Positions 9,933 to 21,010 of a DNA stretch of 64,000 nucleotides are shown here, in pieces. Positions within the stretch are counted from its first letter, which is position 1, and each line of letters begins with the position of its first letter. Source of the stretch: an uncultured Acidobacteriota bacterium (GTDB lineage: Bacteria; Acidobacteriota; Terriglobia; Acidiferrales; UBA7541); contig CAWFWY010000018.1 of assembly GCA_963819625.1 (NCBI GenBank), forward strand, positions 172,857-236,856, written 5' to 3'. The translations under genes were made by a program, and so were the position numbers. The notes beneath the pieces were generated by a model. It made no database searches. It was not told the origin of the DNA and saw only the letters and a program-made list of their open reading frames with translations.

Positions 9933-11399
9933 TTAGCGAAGCGCGGCGGCCAGGGTAGCGGCCAGCTGCGGCTCCTGTTCAGGGAAAACAGTGCGGAGGT
10001 CGAGAATGACGCGATTTTCCTCCACGCGCGCGATTACAGAAATGCCGGAAGCGGCGCGGCGCAGGCGCTGCTCGAGTTTCGCGGCGGGATAGCGCGGGCT
10101 GGTGACGCGAATAATTTTCGAGGGCAGCGACTGATCGGGCGTGGAGCCGCCGCCAGCCAGAGAAAAACCGTGGGTGATTTCCAGTTGAGCGTCGCCGGGG
10201 TTCAGATACTTTTGCATTTGCTCTACAAAGGATTCCGAGCGCTGCTGAAGTTCCTGTGCGGTGATGCGAATCATGCGTTGCGCGGGAATTTCGTCCCAGG
10301 CGGAGCGCAGGTAGGCGTTGAGCGTGACTTCGAGAGCGGCGATGGTAAGTTTGTCGACACGCAGCGCGCGAAACAGCGGATGGCGGCGCACGCGCTGCAC
10401 CAGATCTTTTTTGCCGGCGACGATGCCGGCCTGCGGGCCGCCGAGCAGCTTGTCTCCACTGAAAAGCACCAGCCCAACGCCGGCGTCGATGCTGTGGCGC
10501 ACGGTGGGTTCCGCAAAGCCAGTGGCGGCGAGATCGACCAGCGAGCCGGAGCCGAGATCTTCCACGAGAGGCACCGAGCTGGTGGCGCTGAGGGCCACCA
10601 GCTCCGCGAGTAAAGGTTTTTCCGCAAAGCCGGTAATTTTGAAATTCGAGGGGTGCACACGCAGGAGTAAACGGGTGTTTTCGTTGATGGCGTTTTCGTA
10701 ATCGCGCAGGCGGGTGCGATTGGTGGTGCCGACTTCGCGGAGGAGCGCGCCGCTCTGCGCCATGATTTCGGGAATGCGAAAGCCGTCGCCGATTTCGATC
10801 AACTCGCCGCGACAGACGATGGCTTCGCCACCCTGGGCGAGAGCGGCGAGCACCAGAAGGACGGCGGCGGCGCAATTGTTCACCACGATGGCGTCTTCCG
10901 CTCCGGTTAGGCGCGCGAGCAGTTCGCTGGTGTGGCTGTCGCGCTTGCCGCGCGCGCCCGCTGCCAGGTCGTACTCGAGATTGCTGTATTGCGTGGCGGA
11001 ATTCTTGATGGCGTCGACGATGGCCGGCGACAGCGGGGCGCGGCCGAGATTGGTGTGCAGAATCACGCCGGTGGCGTTGATGACCGGTTGAAGGAAAGGA
11101 TGCAGGATGCGGTCGGCTTTGGCGGCGATCAGCTCTTCGATGGAGGAAACATCCAGAGCGGTGACCGTGACAGAGTGCGGGCCCGCAATTTTGGCGCGCA
11201 ATTCAGCCAGCACGTCGCGCAGCAGCGCGACCAGCAGATCGCGATTGATACGATTTGCGAACGCGGCGAGGCGCGGACGCGAGAGCAGTTCATCGACCGA
11301 GGGAATGCGGCGCAGCTGTTCCGCTTGCGCGGCGGAGAGGGCCGGCTTGGCTATGGCGATGAGGTGAGCGCGATGCTTACGAGGTTTGCGAGCGTCCAC
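9933..11399 (-). CDS. selA: L-seryl-tRNA(Sec) selenium transferase
   Basis: VINATGVILHTNLGRAPL, YSNLEYDL..RGKR, EVGTTNRT and FSGDKLLGGPQAG (PLP Lys) motifs. Confidence 0.96.
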   Translation of the reverse strand: MDARKPRKHRAHLIAIAKPALSAAQAEQLRRIPSVDELLSRPRLAAFANRINRDLLVALLRDVLAELRAKIAGPHSVTVTALDVSSIEELIAAKADRILHPFLQPVINATGVILHTNLGRAPLSPAIVDAIKNSATQYSNLEYDLAAGARGKRDSHTSELLARLTGAEDAIVVNNCAAAVLLVLAALAQGGEAIVCRGELIEIGDGFRIPEIMAQSGALLREVGTTNRTRLRDYENAINENTRLLLRVHPSNFKITGFAEKPLLAELVALSATSSVPLVEDLGSGSLVDLAATGFAEPTVRHSIDAGVGLVLFSGDKLLGGPQAGIVAGKKDLVQRVRRHPLFRALRVDKLTIAALEVTLNAYLRSAWDEIPAQRMIRITAQELQQRSESFVEQMQKYLNPGDAQLEITHGFSLAGGGSTPDQSLPSKIIRVTSPRYPAAKLEQRLRRAASGISVIARVEENRVILDLRTVFPEQEPQLAATLAAALR

Positions 11400-11598
11400 G
11401 CCAACATTTCAGCACAGGGAGCCGCTCTACCGCAATGGACGAGGGGAGCAGATTTTTGGTTGGACCGGGCGAATAGTGCTCGACGACGCCGAAAGAGTCC
11501 GGGTTATGCGCCGGCGACTACTGTGCTCTTTAGGACAGACTGGGTCGCTACAAATTGCTACAAACAAGCGTCCCCCAAATTAGGAGGCCAACAGCCAC

Positions 11599-11916
11599 GT
11601 GGTTCCTTCTTTCGATATTTTCAAGATCGAACTGACCGGGGATGTGCTTTGGTGCGATGCGGCAGAAGGCCTCGTAACCGCTAGAGTGAGTATCGAAAAA
11701 CTGGCAACGTCTTCCCCTGGCGAGTACCTCATCTTCGACCAAAAAACGGCGCGGAGGGTTCTTGTAACACTGCCGGGTGTCTCTGCGGAGCCTGGCTCAC
11801 AGGCGCTGGTTAAGTCGATTTTGAACCCGGTCGCGTCCACAAGGCGGCTTGCCGGGCGTTTCCCTCTAGACCGCCGGCATCCTTATAAGCAGCCCATCAG
11901 GAGAATTTCAAAATGA
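11599..11916 (+). CDS. Hypothetical protein
   Basis: AGGAGG RBS upstream of the GTG; globular-looking N-terminal part (FDIFK..VLWCDAAEGL..PGEYLIFDQKT). Confidence 0.6.
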   Translation: MVPSFDIFKIELTGDVLWCDAAEGLVTARVSIEKLATSSPGEYLIFDQKTARRVLVTLPGVSAEPGSQALVKSILNPVASTRRLAGRFPLDRRHPYKQPIRRISK

Positions 11917-12002
11917 GTACAGAAACGATCTTGATTATAGTCGTGGTTGTGATCTTGTTTGGTGGAGGCGGTTGGTACTGGCGCGGCCGCGGGCGCGGGT
12001 GA
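11913..12002 (+). CDS. 29-aa single-TM small protein
   Basis: Below the ORF-track cutoff: MSTETILIIVVVVILFGGGGWYWRGRGRG*; CAGGAG RBS; ATGA overlap with the upstream gene. Confidence 0.75.
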   Translation: MSTETILIIVVVVILFGGGGWYWRGRGRG

Positions 12003-12149
12003 CGATGATTATCGCGGCCACTTCATGTACATGAATCGCGCCTCCAATCCCATTGGACAAGACGACCACAGCAGTCCGCTTACGCCGCACAAGGGTCTTT
12101 TCAATATTCCCGTCCCGGAGGGTTCGGTTGCCGGTCGGAAAATCTCACG

Positions 12150-12542
12150 AGACCAACTGTTCGTATTCTTATCGCCGACGACCACCCAACGATACTGGAA
12201 GTGGTTAAGGGAATCTTGAAAGCTCATCTTGGCTTTGAGGTCGTTGGCGAAGCCCGAGACGGTCAACATGCGGTAAGTCTGGCTGAATCTCTGAGGCCAG
12301 ATGTGGTCGTCATTAACGTTACGATGCCTAAGATGTCCGGCTTCGAGGCTGCCCGGCGCATCCGCGTTCATGTTCCAGATTCCGCCATCGTGATTCTCTC
12401 GTCCCACAAGGATCGGCAATTCATTGCGGAAGCGCGGAAGGTTGGCGCGAATGGCTATGTTTCGAAGTCGGATGCTGACGCGCAATTGATCCGGGCAATC
12501 GAATCGACGGTGAAGGGCAAAGGGTTTTTCCTGGTTGAATAA
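12150..12542 (+). CDS. Single-domain response regulator (receiver only); start uncertain
   Basis: The frame extends upstream of the ORF call: VRILIADDHPTILEVVKGIL..FEVVGEARDG..PDVVVINVTMP..GANGYVSK. Confidence 0.75.
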   Translation, partial: RPTVRILIADDHPTILEVVKGILKAHLGFEVVGEARDGQHAVSLAESLRPDVVVINVTMPKMSGFEAARRIRVHVPDSAIVILSSHKDRQFIAEARKVGANGYVSKSDADAQLIRAIESTVKGKGFFLVE

Positions 12543-12774
12543 AACTTCGTCAGCCAGGCCGATGTTCTCCCTAGGGCGAGAGTGATGATCCCATCAAGCC
12601 CAAGCGTTAACGTTCGTTCGCAAAAGTAGATGACACTCGGTAAACCGGCGTAATCGGAAATTTGATCTACTGGAAAGTACCGGCTGGCTGCGGTACCCGA
12701 TTCGCACCGCCTGGCGCGCTGGCGATTGACCGCCCGGCGGCGGGCTTCTAGCATGTTGATAGGGGTTTCCCGCC

Positions 12775-13434
12775 GTGGCCGTCACCACTACCATCGACGA
12801 AGAGCTGAATCAGTTTGAGCGCGACATTCGCCAATTAAAAATTGAATACGATCAATATTTTGGCGGGGGGCGCAAGCGGCCCCCTACGGAAATTGAATGG
12901 CGCCTGGAGCTGATGACCAAGCGCTATGCCGAGCGCGGCGGCGAGCTGAAATTCGGGCAGCGCTTTCGCTACAACAACCTGACGCAGACCTACGCCAAAT
13001 ATAAGGATATGTTTCGCAAGAAGCTGCAGCACAAGGAAGAAGGCAAAGTGGCGCGGCACTTTGGCGCGGCGGCGAAGCAGATCGAAGCGGATCGCGCGCA
13101 GAAGCAAATCGAAACGGAGGCCGCTGAGGCTGCGGCGCACGTGGCCCATGCTGCCGATGTCGCGAGCAACGGTGCCAAGGGGCGCGAGACATTTCGCGTG
13201 GTGTGCTCCAAGCCGGAGCAGGAATCGGAGAAGATTGCCGAGCTGTACGATGCGTTTTTAAAGGCCAAGCAGAAAGCCGGCGAGGCTACCGACAAGTTGA
13301 CGCGCTCGAACTTCAACGAGTTTGTGATGAAAAAGACCAAAGACCTGCAAAAAGAGAAAAATTGCCGCGATGTGGAATACGTAGTGGAAGTAAACGATGG
13401 GCATGTAAAGCTGAAGGCGCTGGTAAAGTCCTGA
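12775..13434 (+). CDS. Conserved hypothetical protein (MXAN_5187 C-terminal-like)
   Basis: LKIEYDQYFGGGRKRPP..RFRYNNL at the N-terminus; LYDAFLKAK..VEYVVEVNDGHVKLKA at the C-terminus. Confidence 0.7.
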   Translation: MAVTTTIDEELNQFERDIRQLKIEYDQYFGGGRKRPPTEIEWRLELMTKRYAERGGELKFGQRFRYNNLTQTYAKYKDMFRKKLQHKEEGKVARHFGAAAKQIEADRAQKQIETEAAEAAAHVAHAADVASNGAKGRETFRVVCSKPEQESEKIAELYDAFLKAKQKAGEATDKLTRSNFNEFVMKKTKDLQKEKNCRDVEYVVEVNDGHVKLKALVKS

Positions 13435-13597
13435 GGTTTTTTCACACCTGCGATTTTGAATTCTCTTCGCGACATTCCCACCCGATCATTTCCGCCTGAT
13501 TTTTTTCACAGTTTTGGCGAGTGGCCCCGCGGTTTTTGCTTTCGCGCGGGATGTGCGACGCTTACACTGTTGTGCTTTTACTCTTGCGGGGGACTAC

Positions 13598-15169
13598 ATG
13601 GCGGTGCAGCGCGCGTTGCTGAGCGTATTCGATAAGACTGGGATACTGGAATTTGCCAAGCGGCTGGCCGCGTTGCGCATCGAGATTTTATCGACCGGCG
13701 GCACTGCGAAATTGTTGCGCGACGCCGGCGTGGCGGTGAAAGACGTTTCGGAGTTTACCGGCTGGCCGGAAATGTTGGGCGGACGGGTGAAGACGCTGCA
13801 TCCCAAAGTACACGGCGGGTTGCTGTTTCGGCGCGGGCATGCGGAAGACCAGAAGCAAGCGGCGGAACATGGCATCGCGCCGATTGATGTGGTGGTGGTG
13901 AATCTTTATCCCTTTGCGGAAACGGCGGCGAAAGCGGATTTGACGGCCGGGGAGCTGATCGAAAATATCGATATCGGCGGGCCCACGATGTTGCGCTCGG
14001 CGGCGAAGAATTTTGAGAGCGTCACGGTGGTGACCGATCCCGCGGATTACGATCGCGTGGCCGGGGAGCTGGAAGCGGGCGGCGAAACATCGCTGGCTAC
14101 GCGGCTGGAGCTGGCGCGCAAAGTTTTTGCAGCGACGTCGAGCTACGACGGAATGATCGCCACGGAGCTGGAGCGGCTTTTGTCTAATGCCGGATCTATC
14201 GAGCTGAGTGACAGGGAAACGCTGCCGCAGCGGCTGCATGTTGCGCTGCGCATGCAGCAATCGCTGCGCTACGGAGAAAATCCGCACCAGACCGCGGCGC
14301 TGTATGTTCCCGCAGGGCGAGTGCCGAGCGGACTGGCCGCGGCGAAACAACTGCAGGGCAAGGAACTTTCCTACAACAATTTTGTGGACCTGGAAGCGGC
14401 GCGAAGTCTGGCGGCGGAATTCAAGAGGCCGGCGGCGATTCTGATCAAGCACAACAATCCCTGCGGGGCGGCGGAACAGGAAACGTTGCTGGCCGCCTAC
14501 TTGAAGGCGTATGCCACCGATCCGGTGTCGGCCTTCGGCAGCGTGCTGGCGTTCAATCGCGTGGTGGATGCCGCGACGGCGGCGGAGGTGGCCCAACTTT
14601 TCGTGGAGTGCATTGCCGCGCCGGGATTCGACGAAGAAGCCAAGAAACTTTTTGCCGCCAAGAAAAATTTGCGCCTGCTGGAACTTCCCGGGAACGGATT
14701 GGAACCGGACCGGGAATTACAGTTGAAGCGCATCCTGGGGGGCGTGCTGGTGCAGCAGCCGGACCTGAGAGAACTCAGCGATGGCGAGCTGCGCACGGTG
14801 ACCAAGCGCGTGCCCACGCCGGAACAAATGTCCACGATGCGCTTTGCATGGAAGGTTGCCAAGCATATGAAGTCCAACGCCATCCTGTTTGCGAAGGACG
14901 GCGCGACGCTGGGCGTCGGCGCGGGGCAGATGAGCCGCGTGGACTCCGTGAAGCTGGCAGTGATGAAAGCGCAGGGCTCGCTGCAGGGCAGCGTGGTGGC
15001 CTCCGACGCGTTTTTCCCTTTTCCGGATGGAGTGGAAGAAGCGGCCAAGGTTGGAGCGACGGCCGTGATTCAACCAGGCGGCTCGGTGAAGGATCCGGAT
15101 GTGATTGCCACTGCGGACCGTTTGGGATTGGCGATGGTGTTTACAGGGATGCGCCACTTTTTGCACTGA
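13598..15169 (+). CDS. purH: Bifunctional AICAR transformylase/IMP cyclohydrolase
   Basis: RALLSVFDKTG, GGRVKTLHPKVHGG, LRYGENPHQ, GAGQMSRVDS and ASDAFFPF motifs. Confidence 0.98.
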   Translation: MAVQRALLSVFDKTGILEFAKRLAALRIEILSTGGTAKLLRDAGVAVKDVSEFTGWPEMLGGRVKTLHPKVHGGLLFRRGHAEDQKQAAEHGIAPIDVVVVNLYPFAETAAKADLTAGELIENIDIGGPTMLRSAAKNFESVTVVTDPADYDRVAGELEAGGETSLATRLELARKVFAATSSYDGMIATELERLLSNAGSIELSDRETLPQRLHVALRMQQSLRYGENPHQTAALYVPAGRVPSGLAAAKQLQGKELSYNNFVDLEAARSLAAEFKRPAAILIKHNNPCGAAEQETLLAAYLKAYATDPVSAFGSVLAFNRVVDAATAAEVAQLFVECIAAPGFDEEAKKLFAAKKNLRLLELPGNGLEPDRELQLKRILGGVLVQQPDLRELSDGELRTVTKRVPTPEQMSTMRFAWKVAKHMKSNAILFAKDGATLGVGAGQMSRVDSVKLAVMKAQGSLQGSVVASDAFFPFPDGVEEAAKVGATAVIQPGGSVKDPDVIATADRLGLAMVFTGMRHFLH

Positions 15170-15257
15170 GTTTTTTTGCTTTTTTGATGCGCAAAATCGT
15201 TGCGCCGAGCATCCAAATGATTTCAGGCACTGAAGCTCCTTGCCTATTGGGCTTAAT

Positions 15258-15281
15258 GTCGCGCCTAAAGGCGCGACCCAC
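15258..15281 (-). repeat. GTGG-footed REP-like palindrome
   Basis: Minus strand reads GTGG-GTCGCGCC-TTTA-GGCGCGAC, a perfect 8-bp stem, intergenic. Confidence 0.55.
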
Positions 15282-15377
15282 AAAGCTTGGCCTATCAGCG
15301 CAGCGGCTGGAAACGGGAGCGGGTTTCACTTTTGACCGCGTATCGGGCGCATGGGATACTTTTCTTTTGGGGCTTTC

Positions 15378-17522
15378 ATGATCCTTCAACGAGTGTTTCT
15401 TGCGGTTCTGGCGGCCGGGTTGACCGGCGACGCGAGTTTTTGTCAAACGAGCGGCTCCGAGGCCACGGCGGCTTCGCAGGACCAGAGCGCGACTTCTTCT
15501 TCGAATGCAGCGTCGAATCCGGGCTCAGGTGCGGCCTCGGAAGCTGCGGGTAAAACCACTCCGCGCGCGGATGCTTACTACAACTTCACGCTGGGGCACA
15601 TTTACGAGCAGCAATACGAAACCACCAGCAAGCCTGAATACGCTTCGCAGGCGATTGATGCCTACAAGAAAGCTTACGCCCTCGATCCCAAATCTCCCGT
15701 GATCGGCGAGCGCCTGGCAGAAATGTATTGGAAAGCGCAGCGCACTCACGAAGCGGTGACGGAAGCACAAGCGCTGCTCAAGCGCGATCCCAGCGATCTG
15801 CAATCGCGGCGGCTGCTGGGACGAATTTACCTGCGCAGTCTGGGCGATTTCAGCGCGGGCAACGGGCAGTCCGAAGTTGTGGAACGCGCGATTGAGCAGT
15901 ACGCCGAGATTTACCGGCTGGATCCCACCGATTCGGAATCGGCGCTGTGGCTGGCGCGCCTCTACCGCCTGCGCAACGAGCATGACAAGGCCGAAGAAGT
16001 TTTGCGCGGCATGCTGAAAGAAGATCCCGACAACGAGCCGGCCATCGAGCAATTGACGCAGCTTTTACTGGATGAAGGCAAAGCGCCGGAAGCGATTGCG
16101 CTGCTCGAAGACGTGACCAAGCGGTCGCCTTCGCCGGCGATGCTGGATCTGCTGGGCGATGCCTATACGCAATCGCACGATCTGCCTAACGCGGAAACTG
16201 CCTATCGCAAAGCTGTCGAGCTCGATCCTTCGGAGCTGAGCCACCAGCGAGGCCTGGGGCAGACGCTGATGTCGGAAGAGAAATATCCGGAAGCGCTGGA
16301 AGTTTATCAGAAGCTGACCGAGCTGATGCCCGACGACGCCGACGTCTATTTGCGCATGGCCCAGATTTACCGCGAGCTGCACCAGCTGGGCAAAGCGGAA
16401 GACAATTTAGTGAAGGCGCGGCAGTACGCGCCGGGCAGCCTGGAAGTGATGTACAACGAAGCAATGTTGTACCAGGCGCAGGGCACGGAATGAGGATGCC
16501 ATCCGGGTTCTGTCCGACGCGGTGACGGGCATCAAGGGGCAGACTTCGGGATTGCCGTCGCGCTGCGCGTTCGCTGGCGATTTTGTATCAGCAGCTGGGG
16601 CAGTTCTATCGCGACTCGCAAAATTACCAGGCGGCGATTTACACTTATCAGGAACTCGGCGCGGCTGGGCGAAGAAGAGGATCGGCGCGCGCGTTTGTTA
16701 ATGATGGACGTTTATCGCGCGGCGAAAGATTTGCCTAAAGCGCTGCAAACCGGAAAGGAAGCGGTGGCGAAATATCCGGGCGATTTGCCGATCCGCTCAA
16801 GCGAAGCGCTGCTGCTGGGCGAAAGCGGGCAGACCGAAGAAGGCGTCAAGATGCTGCGTTCGCAGTTGACGGGAAAACCGAGCGACCGCGAGAGTTTTTC
16901 TGAATATCGCGCAGGTGTACGAACGCGGGCGGCGCTACAAGGAAGCGGAAGAAGCGTGCCAGGGCCGCGGAAGTTTTGCCCGGGCAGCCCCGCGATAACG
17001 AGATGGTGTGGTTTCTGCTGGGCGCGATTTACGAGCGGCAGAAACAATTTCGATCGCGCGGAAGAGCAATTCAAAAAAGTGCTGGCCGTGAATCCCCGCA
17101 ACGCGGCGGTGCTGAATTATTACGGCTACATGCTCGGCGACCTGGGCATCCGGCTGGACGAAGCTGAAGCGCTGGTGCATCGCGCGCTGAAGGAAGAGCC
17201 CTTCAGCGGCGCTTATCTGGACAGCCTGGGCTGGATTTATCTGAAGGAGAATAAGCTGGGCGACGCGGAAACTACGCTGCGCAAGGCGCTGGAGCACGAA
17301 AGCCACGACGCCACCATTCACTCGCATCTGGGCGATTTGTACGCCAAAACCGGGCGGCCGGAAATGGCTGCGGCGGAATGGGAAAAGTCGCTGGCGGAGT
17401 GGAAGCGCTCGTTGCCGGCGGATATCGAGACCGACAAAATCGCCGAGCTGGAAAAGAAACTTTTGCAGTCGAAACACCGCGTGGCGCAGAAAACCCCTTC
17501 GCCAGAGGCCAAGCCACAATAG
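15378..17522 (+). CDS. Secreted TPR-repeat protein, broken by several indels
   Basis: Signal peptide and many TPR repeats; C-terminal LNYYGYMLGD..AYLDSLGW..HLGDLY; sits upstream of ispE. Confidence 0.85.
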
Positions 17523-17526
17523 CCGC

Positions 17527-18451
17527 ATGCGCGAGGTACGCATTCCGTCTTACGCAAAAATCAACCTGCGCCTGGATATTCTGGGCAAACGCGCGGACGG
17601 CTATCACGAGCTGCGCACTATTTTCCAGACCAGTTTCGCTGCACGATGAATTGCGGCTGCGCGCGAGTAAGGGCGCGGGGATTTCGTTGAGCATTCACGG
17701 GAATGACGAGCTGGCGCGCGAGCCGGTGAAGAAAAATCTGGCCTATCGCGCAGTCGACGAGCTGCGGCGGGAATTGAAGATTCGCGGCGGCGTGGAAATT
17801 GAGCTGCACAAAAAGATTCCCGCGGGCGGCGGGTTGGGTGGCGGCTCCAGCAACGCCGCGGCGGCGCTGTTTGGTTACCTGCAGTTGACCGGACGCAAGT
17901 TGCCGATGACGGTGTTGGCCGAACTGGCTGCTTCATTGGGCGCGGACGTGCCGATATTTTTGTTTGGCGGACGGGCGCTGGGAATCGGCCGGGGCGATGA
18001 AATTTATCCGCTGCCGGATATCGCGAAATTGATCGCTGTTGGTCGTGGTCCCCAAAGACATTCGCGTGCCGACTCCCGACGCCTTTCGCTGGCTGAATGC
18101 GCCGGTGCGCAACGCGGCTACGTTGACAAAACAGGCCGCAGACCCTAAACTTTGGGAGTTCTGTGCTCTCTCCTGGAGCGCGCAGGGAAGTGGCCTTTCG
18201 AATGATTTCGAGACAGCCGGTTTTCCGGCGCTATCACCGGCTTGAATCAAATCAAGCGGGTTTTGCTTCACTCTGGAGCCGCAGAAGCCTCGTTGGCGGG
18301 TAGCGGTTCGGCGGTGTTTGGAGTTTTCCCGAGCCCAACGATGGCGCGCCGAGCCGCTGTTGGGTTTCCGCACGACCAGACCTTCGTTTGCGAGACGATT
18401 TCGCGCGACAGGTATCTTCGCGCTGTCAGAAGCGCGCGTGTCGTTCGTTAA
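17527..18451 (+). CDS. ispE: 4-diphosphocytidyl-2C-methyl-D-erythritol kinase, broken by indels
   Basis: YAKINLRLDILGKRADGYHELRTIFQT, KKIPAGGGLGGGSSNAAA, LGADVP and SLAGSGSAVFG across three or more frames. Confidence 0.92.
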
Positions 18452-18539
18452 GCCGCAGCGTCCTCTAGCGTTCCATCGCCAATCGCCAGGATTTGAAAAA
18501 GTTTAAATACTTGCGAAAGCAGGATTAGCAGCGCCCCTC

Positions 18540-19488
18540 GTGGATGACGACCGGTTCAAGATATTTTCGGGCACCGCGCATGTGCCGCTGGCCGAAAATA
18601 TTTGCCGCAATCTGAATGTTCCGATCGGCAAAGCGTTGCTGGGGCGTTTCAGCGACGGCGAGATTTATTTTCAGATTCTGGAAAATGTGCGCGGCGCCGA
18701 TGTTTTCGTGGTGCAGCCGTGCTGCTATCCGGTGGACAACCACCTGCTGGAGCTGCTGCTGATGATCGACGCGTTCAAGCGCGCGTCGGCGTGGCGAATC
18801 ACCGCGGTGCTGCCGTATTACTGCTACGCGCGGCAGGACCGCAAGGACAAGCCGCGGGTGCCGATCTCCGCGAAGCTGGTGGCGGACTTGCTGGAGACCG
18901 CGGGAGCCAGCCGGGCGTTGACGCTGGATTTGCACGCGCCGCAGATTCAGGGATATTTCGACGTGCCGGTGGATCATTTGTACGGCTCGCCGGTGCTGGT
19001 GGAATATTTCCGGCAGATGAATTTGCCGAACCTGACGGTGGTTTCGCCGGATGCGGGCGGCGTGGAGCGCGCGCGGTCTTTCGCGAAGAAGCTGGGATGC
19101 GCCGCTGGCCATCGTGGACAAACGGCGAGTGGATGTGGACGTCAGCGAAGTGATGAACCTGATCGGAGACGTTCGCGGGCGCAGCACGCTGATCGTCGAC
19201 GACATCATCGATACCGCGGGAACGCTGGTGAAGACCGCGGAAGCGCTGATGCGCGAAGGCTCGACGCAGGTTTTCGCGGCGTGCCACCCACGCGGTGCTT
19301 TCCGGCCCGGCTGTCGAGCGTATTGAGCAGTCGTGCATTACTCGAAGTGGTGGCCACGGATTCGGTGCCGTTGAGCGAAGCGGCCAAGAAGTTGAAGAAG
19401 CTGAAAGTGTTGAGCGTCGCGGATTTGCTGGCGCGCGGGCATTCGTTCGATTCACGAAGAGACGTCGATCAGCGAGTTGTTTATTTGA
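18540..19488 (+). CDS. prs: Ribose-phosphate pyrophosphokinase, broken by indels
   Basis: [42 protein letters not shown] and [11 protein letters not shown] motifs; ends ..SELFI*. Confidence 0.95.
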
Positions 19489-19541
19489 GTTTGCGACGAA
19501 TTTGCAGACCGGGATTAGCACCATGAGGGAAGGAAATTAAG

Positions 19542-20276
19542 ATGGCTCAAGAAAAAATTGTTGTCGAAGCGGCCGCCCGCTCCAAGCGCGGCAAAAACGA
19601 AAATCGCCGGTTGCGTCTGACCGGCAAGGTTCCCGCCGTGCTGTATGGCGGCAAGGGCGAGTCCATCACGTTGTCGGTGAATGCCAAGCAGCTGGGCGCG
19701 ATCTTCCGTTCGCAGAGCGGGCACAACACCTTGTTCCAGGTGGATTTGAGCGGCAAGCACGAGCCCGCGATTTTGAAGGATTGGCTGGTCGATCCCGTGA
19801 CCGGAAAATTGTTGCATGTGGACCTGCTGCGCGTGGCCATGGATGTGCGCATGCGCGTGAAAGTTCCGGTGCACACCTTTGGCGAGCCTGCCGGCGTGAA
19901 GCAGCAGGGCGGCGTGTACGAAATTGTGACCCGCGAAGTGGAAATCGAATGTTTGCCTGCGGATATTCCGACGGAGTTCAAGGCGGATGTCAGCGCGTTG
20001 ATGATGGGCGAGCAGTTGCGCGCGAAAGATCTGGCCATCGACTCCAACCTGAAACTGCTCACCGATCCCGAGCGCGTGTTGGCGCACGTTGTGGCGCTGC
20101 GCGTCGAGGAAGAGAAGCCGGTGGATGCGGTGGCCGCGGATGCAGCGACGCCAGCGGAGCCGGAAGTCATCAAGAAGGGCAAGAAAGAAGTGGAAGGCGA
20201 AGAGGGCGAAGAAGGCGACGCCAAGGGCAAGGCGTCGGAGAAGAGCGACAAGGGCGACAAGGACAAGAAAAAATAA
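19542..20276 (+). CDS. rplY: 50S ribosomal protein L25/CTC
   Basis: GKNENRRLR..VPAVLYG, LHVDLLRV and GVKQQGG motifs; follows prs. Confidence 0.96.
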   Translation: MAQEKIVVEAAARSKRGKNENRRLRLTGKVPAVLYGGKGESITLSVNAKQLGAIFRSQSGHNTLFQVDLSGKHEPAILKDWLVDPVTGKLLHVDLLRVAMDVRMRVKVPVHTFGEPAGVKQQGGVYEIVTREVEIECLPADIPTEFKADVSALMMGEQLRAKDLAIDSNLKLLTDPERVLAHVVALRVEEEKPVDAVAADAATPAEPEVIKKGKKEVEGEEGEEGDAKGKASEKSDKGDKDKKK

Positions 20277-20330
20277 CGCTGCGCCCGGTGGTGCACGTCG
20301 ACGGATTGTTGCGCGGGGTATGCAAAGTGT

Positions 20331-20936
20331 ATGCGGCTTATCGTTGGACTTGGCAATCCCGATCCGGAGTACCAGTGGACGCCGCACAACCTGGGCTTCA
20401 TGGCGGTAGATGAACTGGCGAATCGCGGCGGGATTCGCGTTTCGCGGCCGGAAGGCAAAGCGCTGGTGGGGCGGGGCAAGCTGGCGGGAGAAGAAGTTTT
20501 GCTGGCCAAGCCGCAGACGTACATGAACCTCAGCGGAATTTCGGTTCGCGAGCTGCTGGAAAAGTACGAGCTGGGCCCGGGCGATTTGCTGATGATGTGG
20601 GACGAAGCGCAATTGCCGCTGGGCACGATTCGGCTGAGCGGAGAGGGTAGCGCGGGCAGCCACAACGGCGCGAAGTCGGTGATTGGCGCGCTGGGCACGC
20701 CGGCGTTTCAGCGATTGCGGCTGGGATGCGCGCCGGAGCACGAGGTCCGCAGCCGCAAGGAATATGTGCTGCGGCCGATGAAGCGTGGCGAGCTGGAAAC
20801 CGCGGCGGAGATGATTTCTGAAGCTGGGGATGCGGTGGAAATGGTCTTGGCGCGGGGCATCGATGCGGCCATGAACAAGTACAACCGGCGCAAGGAAACG
20901 GCCGGGGGTGAAGCGGCGGACGAAGAGGGAAGTTAA
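20331..20936 (+). CDS. pth: Peptidyl-tRNA hydrolase
   Basis: LIVGLGNP..TPHNLGF, KPQTYMNLSG and GSHNGAKS motifs. Confidence 0.96.
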   Translation: MRLIVGLGNPDPEYQWTPHNLGFMAVDELANRGGIRVSRPEGKALVGRGKLAGEEVLLAKPQTYMNLSGISVRELLEKYELGPGDLLMMWDEAQLPLGTIRLSGEGSAGSHNGAKSVIGALGTPAFQRLRLGCAPEHEVRSRKEYVLRPMKRGELETAAEMISEAGDAVEMVLARGIDAAMNKYNRRKETAGGEAADEEGS

Positions 20937-20970
20937 AGCCGCCTGCTGGATGACAAAAGTTTGGTGTGAA

Positions 20971-21009
20971 TTTGCCGGGCGCGGCCCGGAGAAGAAGAGA
21001 CGAGGCAAA
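20971..21009 (+). promoter_or_regulatory. Possible structured rpsF leader
   Basis: Hairpin CCGGGC-GCG-GCCCGG and an alternative TTTGCC/GGCAAA pairing overlapping the RBS region; function is inferred from position only. Confidence 0.3.
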
Positions 21010-21010
21010 C

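Noticed and set aside
18452-18540. A tRNA-Gln gene, often found between ispE and prs
   Set aside because: There is no cloverleaf or GTTCGA T-arm in this 88-nt gap.
19515-21008. Long antisense ORFs (for example 497 aa and 383 aa here, and many similar ones across the window)
   Set aside because: They are shadow ORFs of well-supported genes in high-GC DNA and carry no recognisable motifs.
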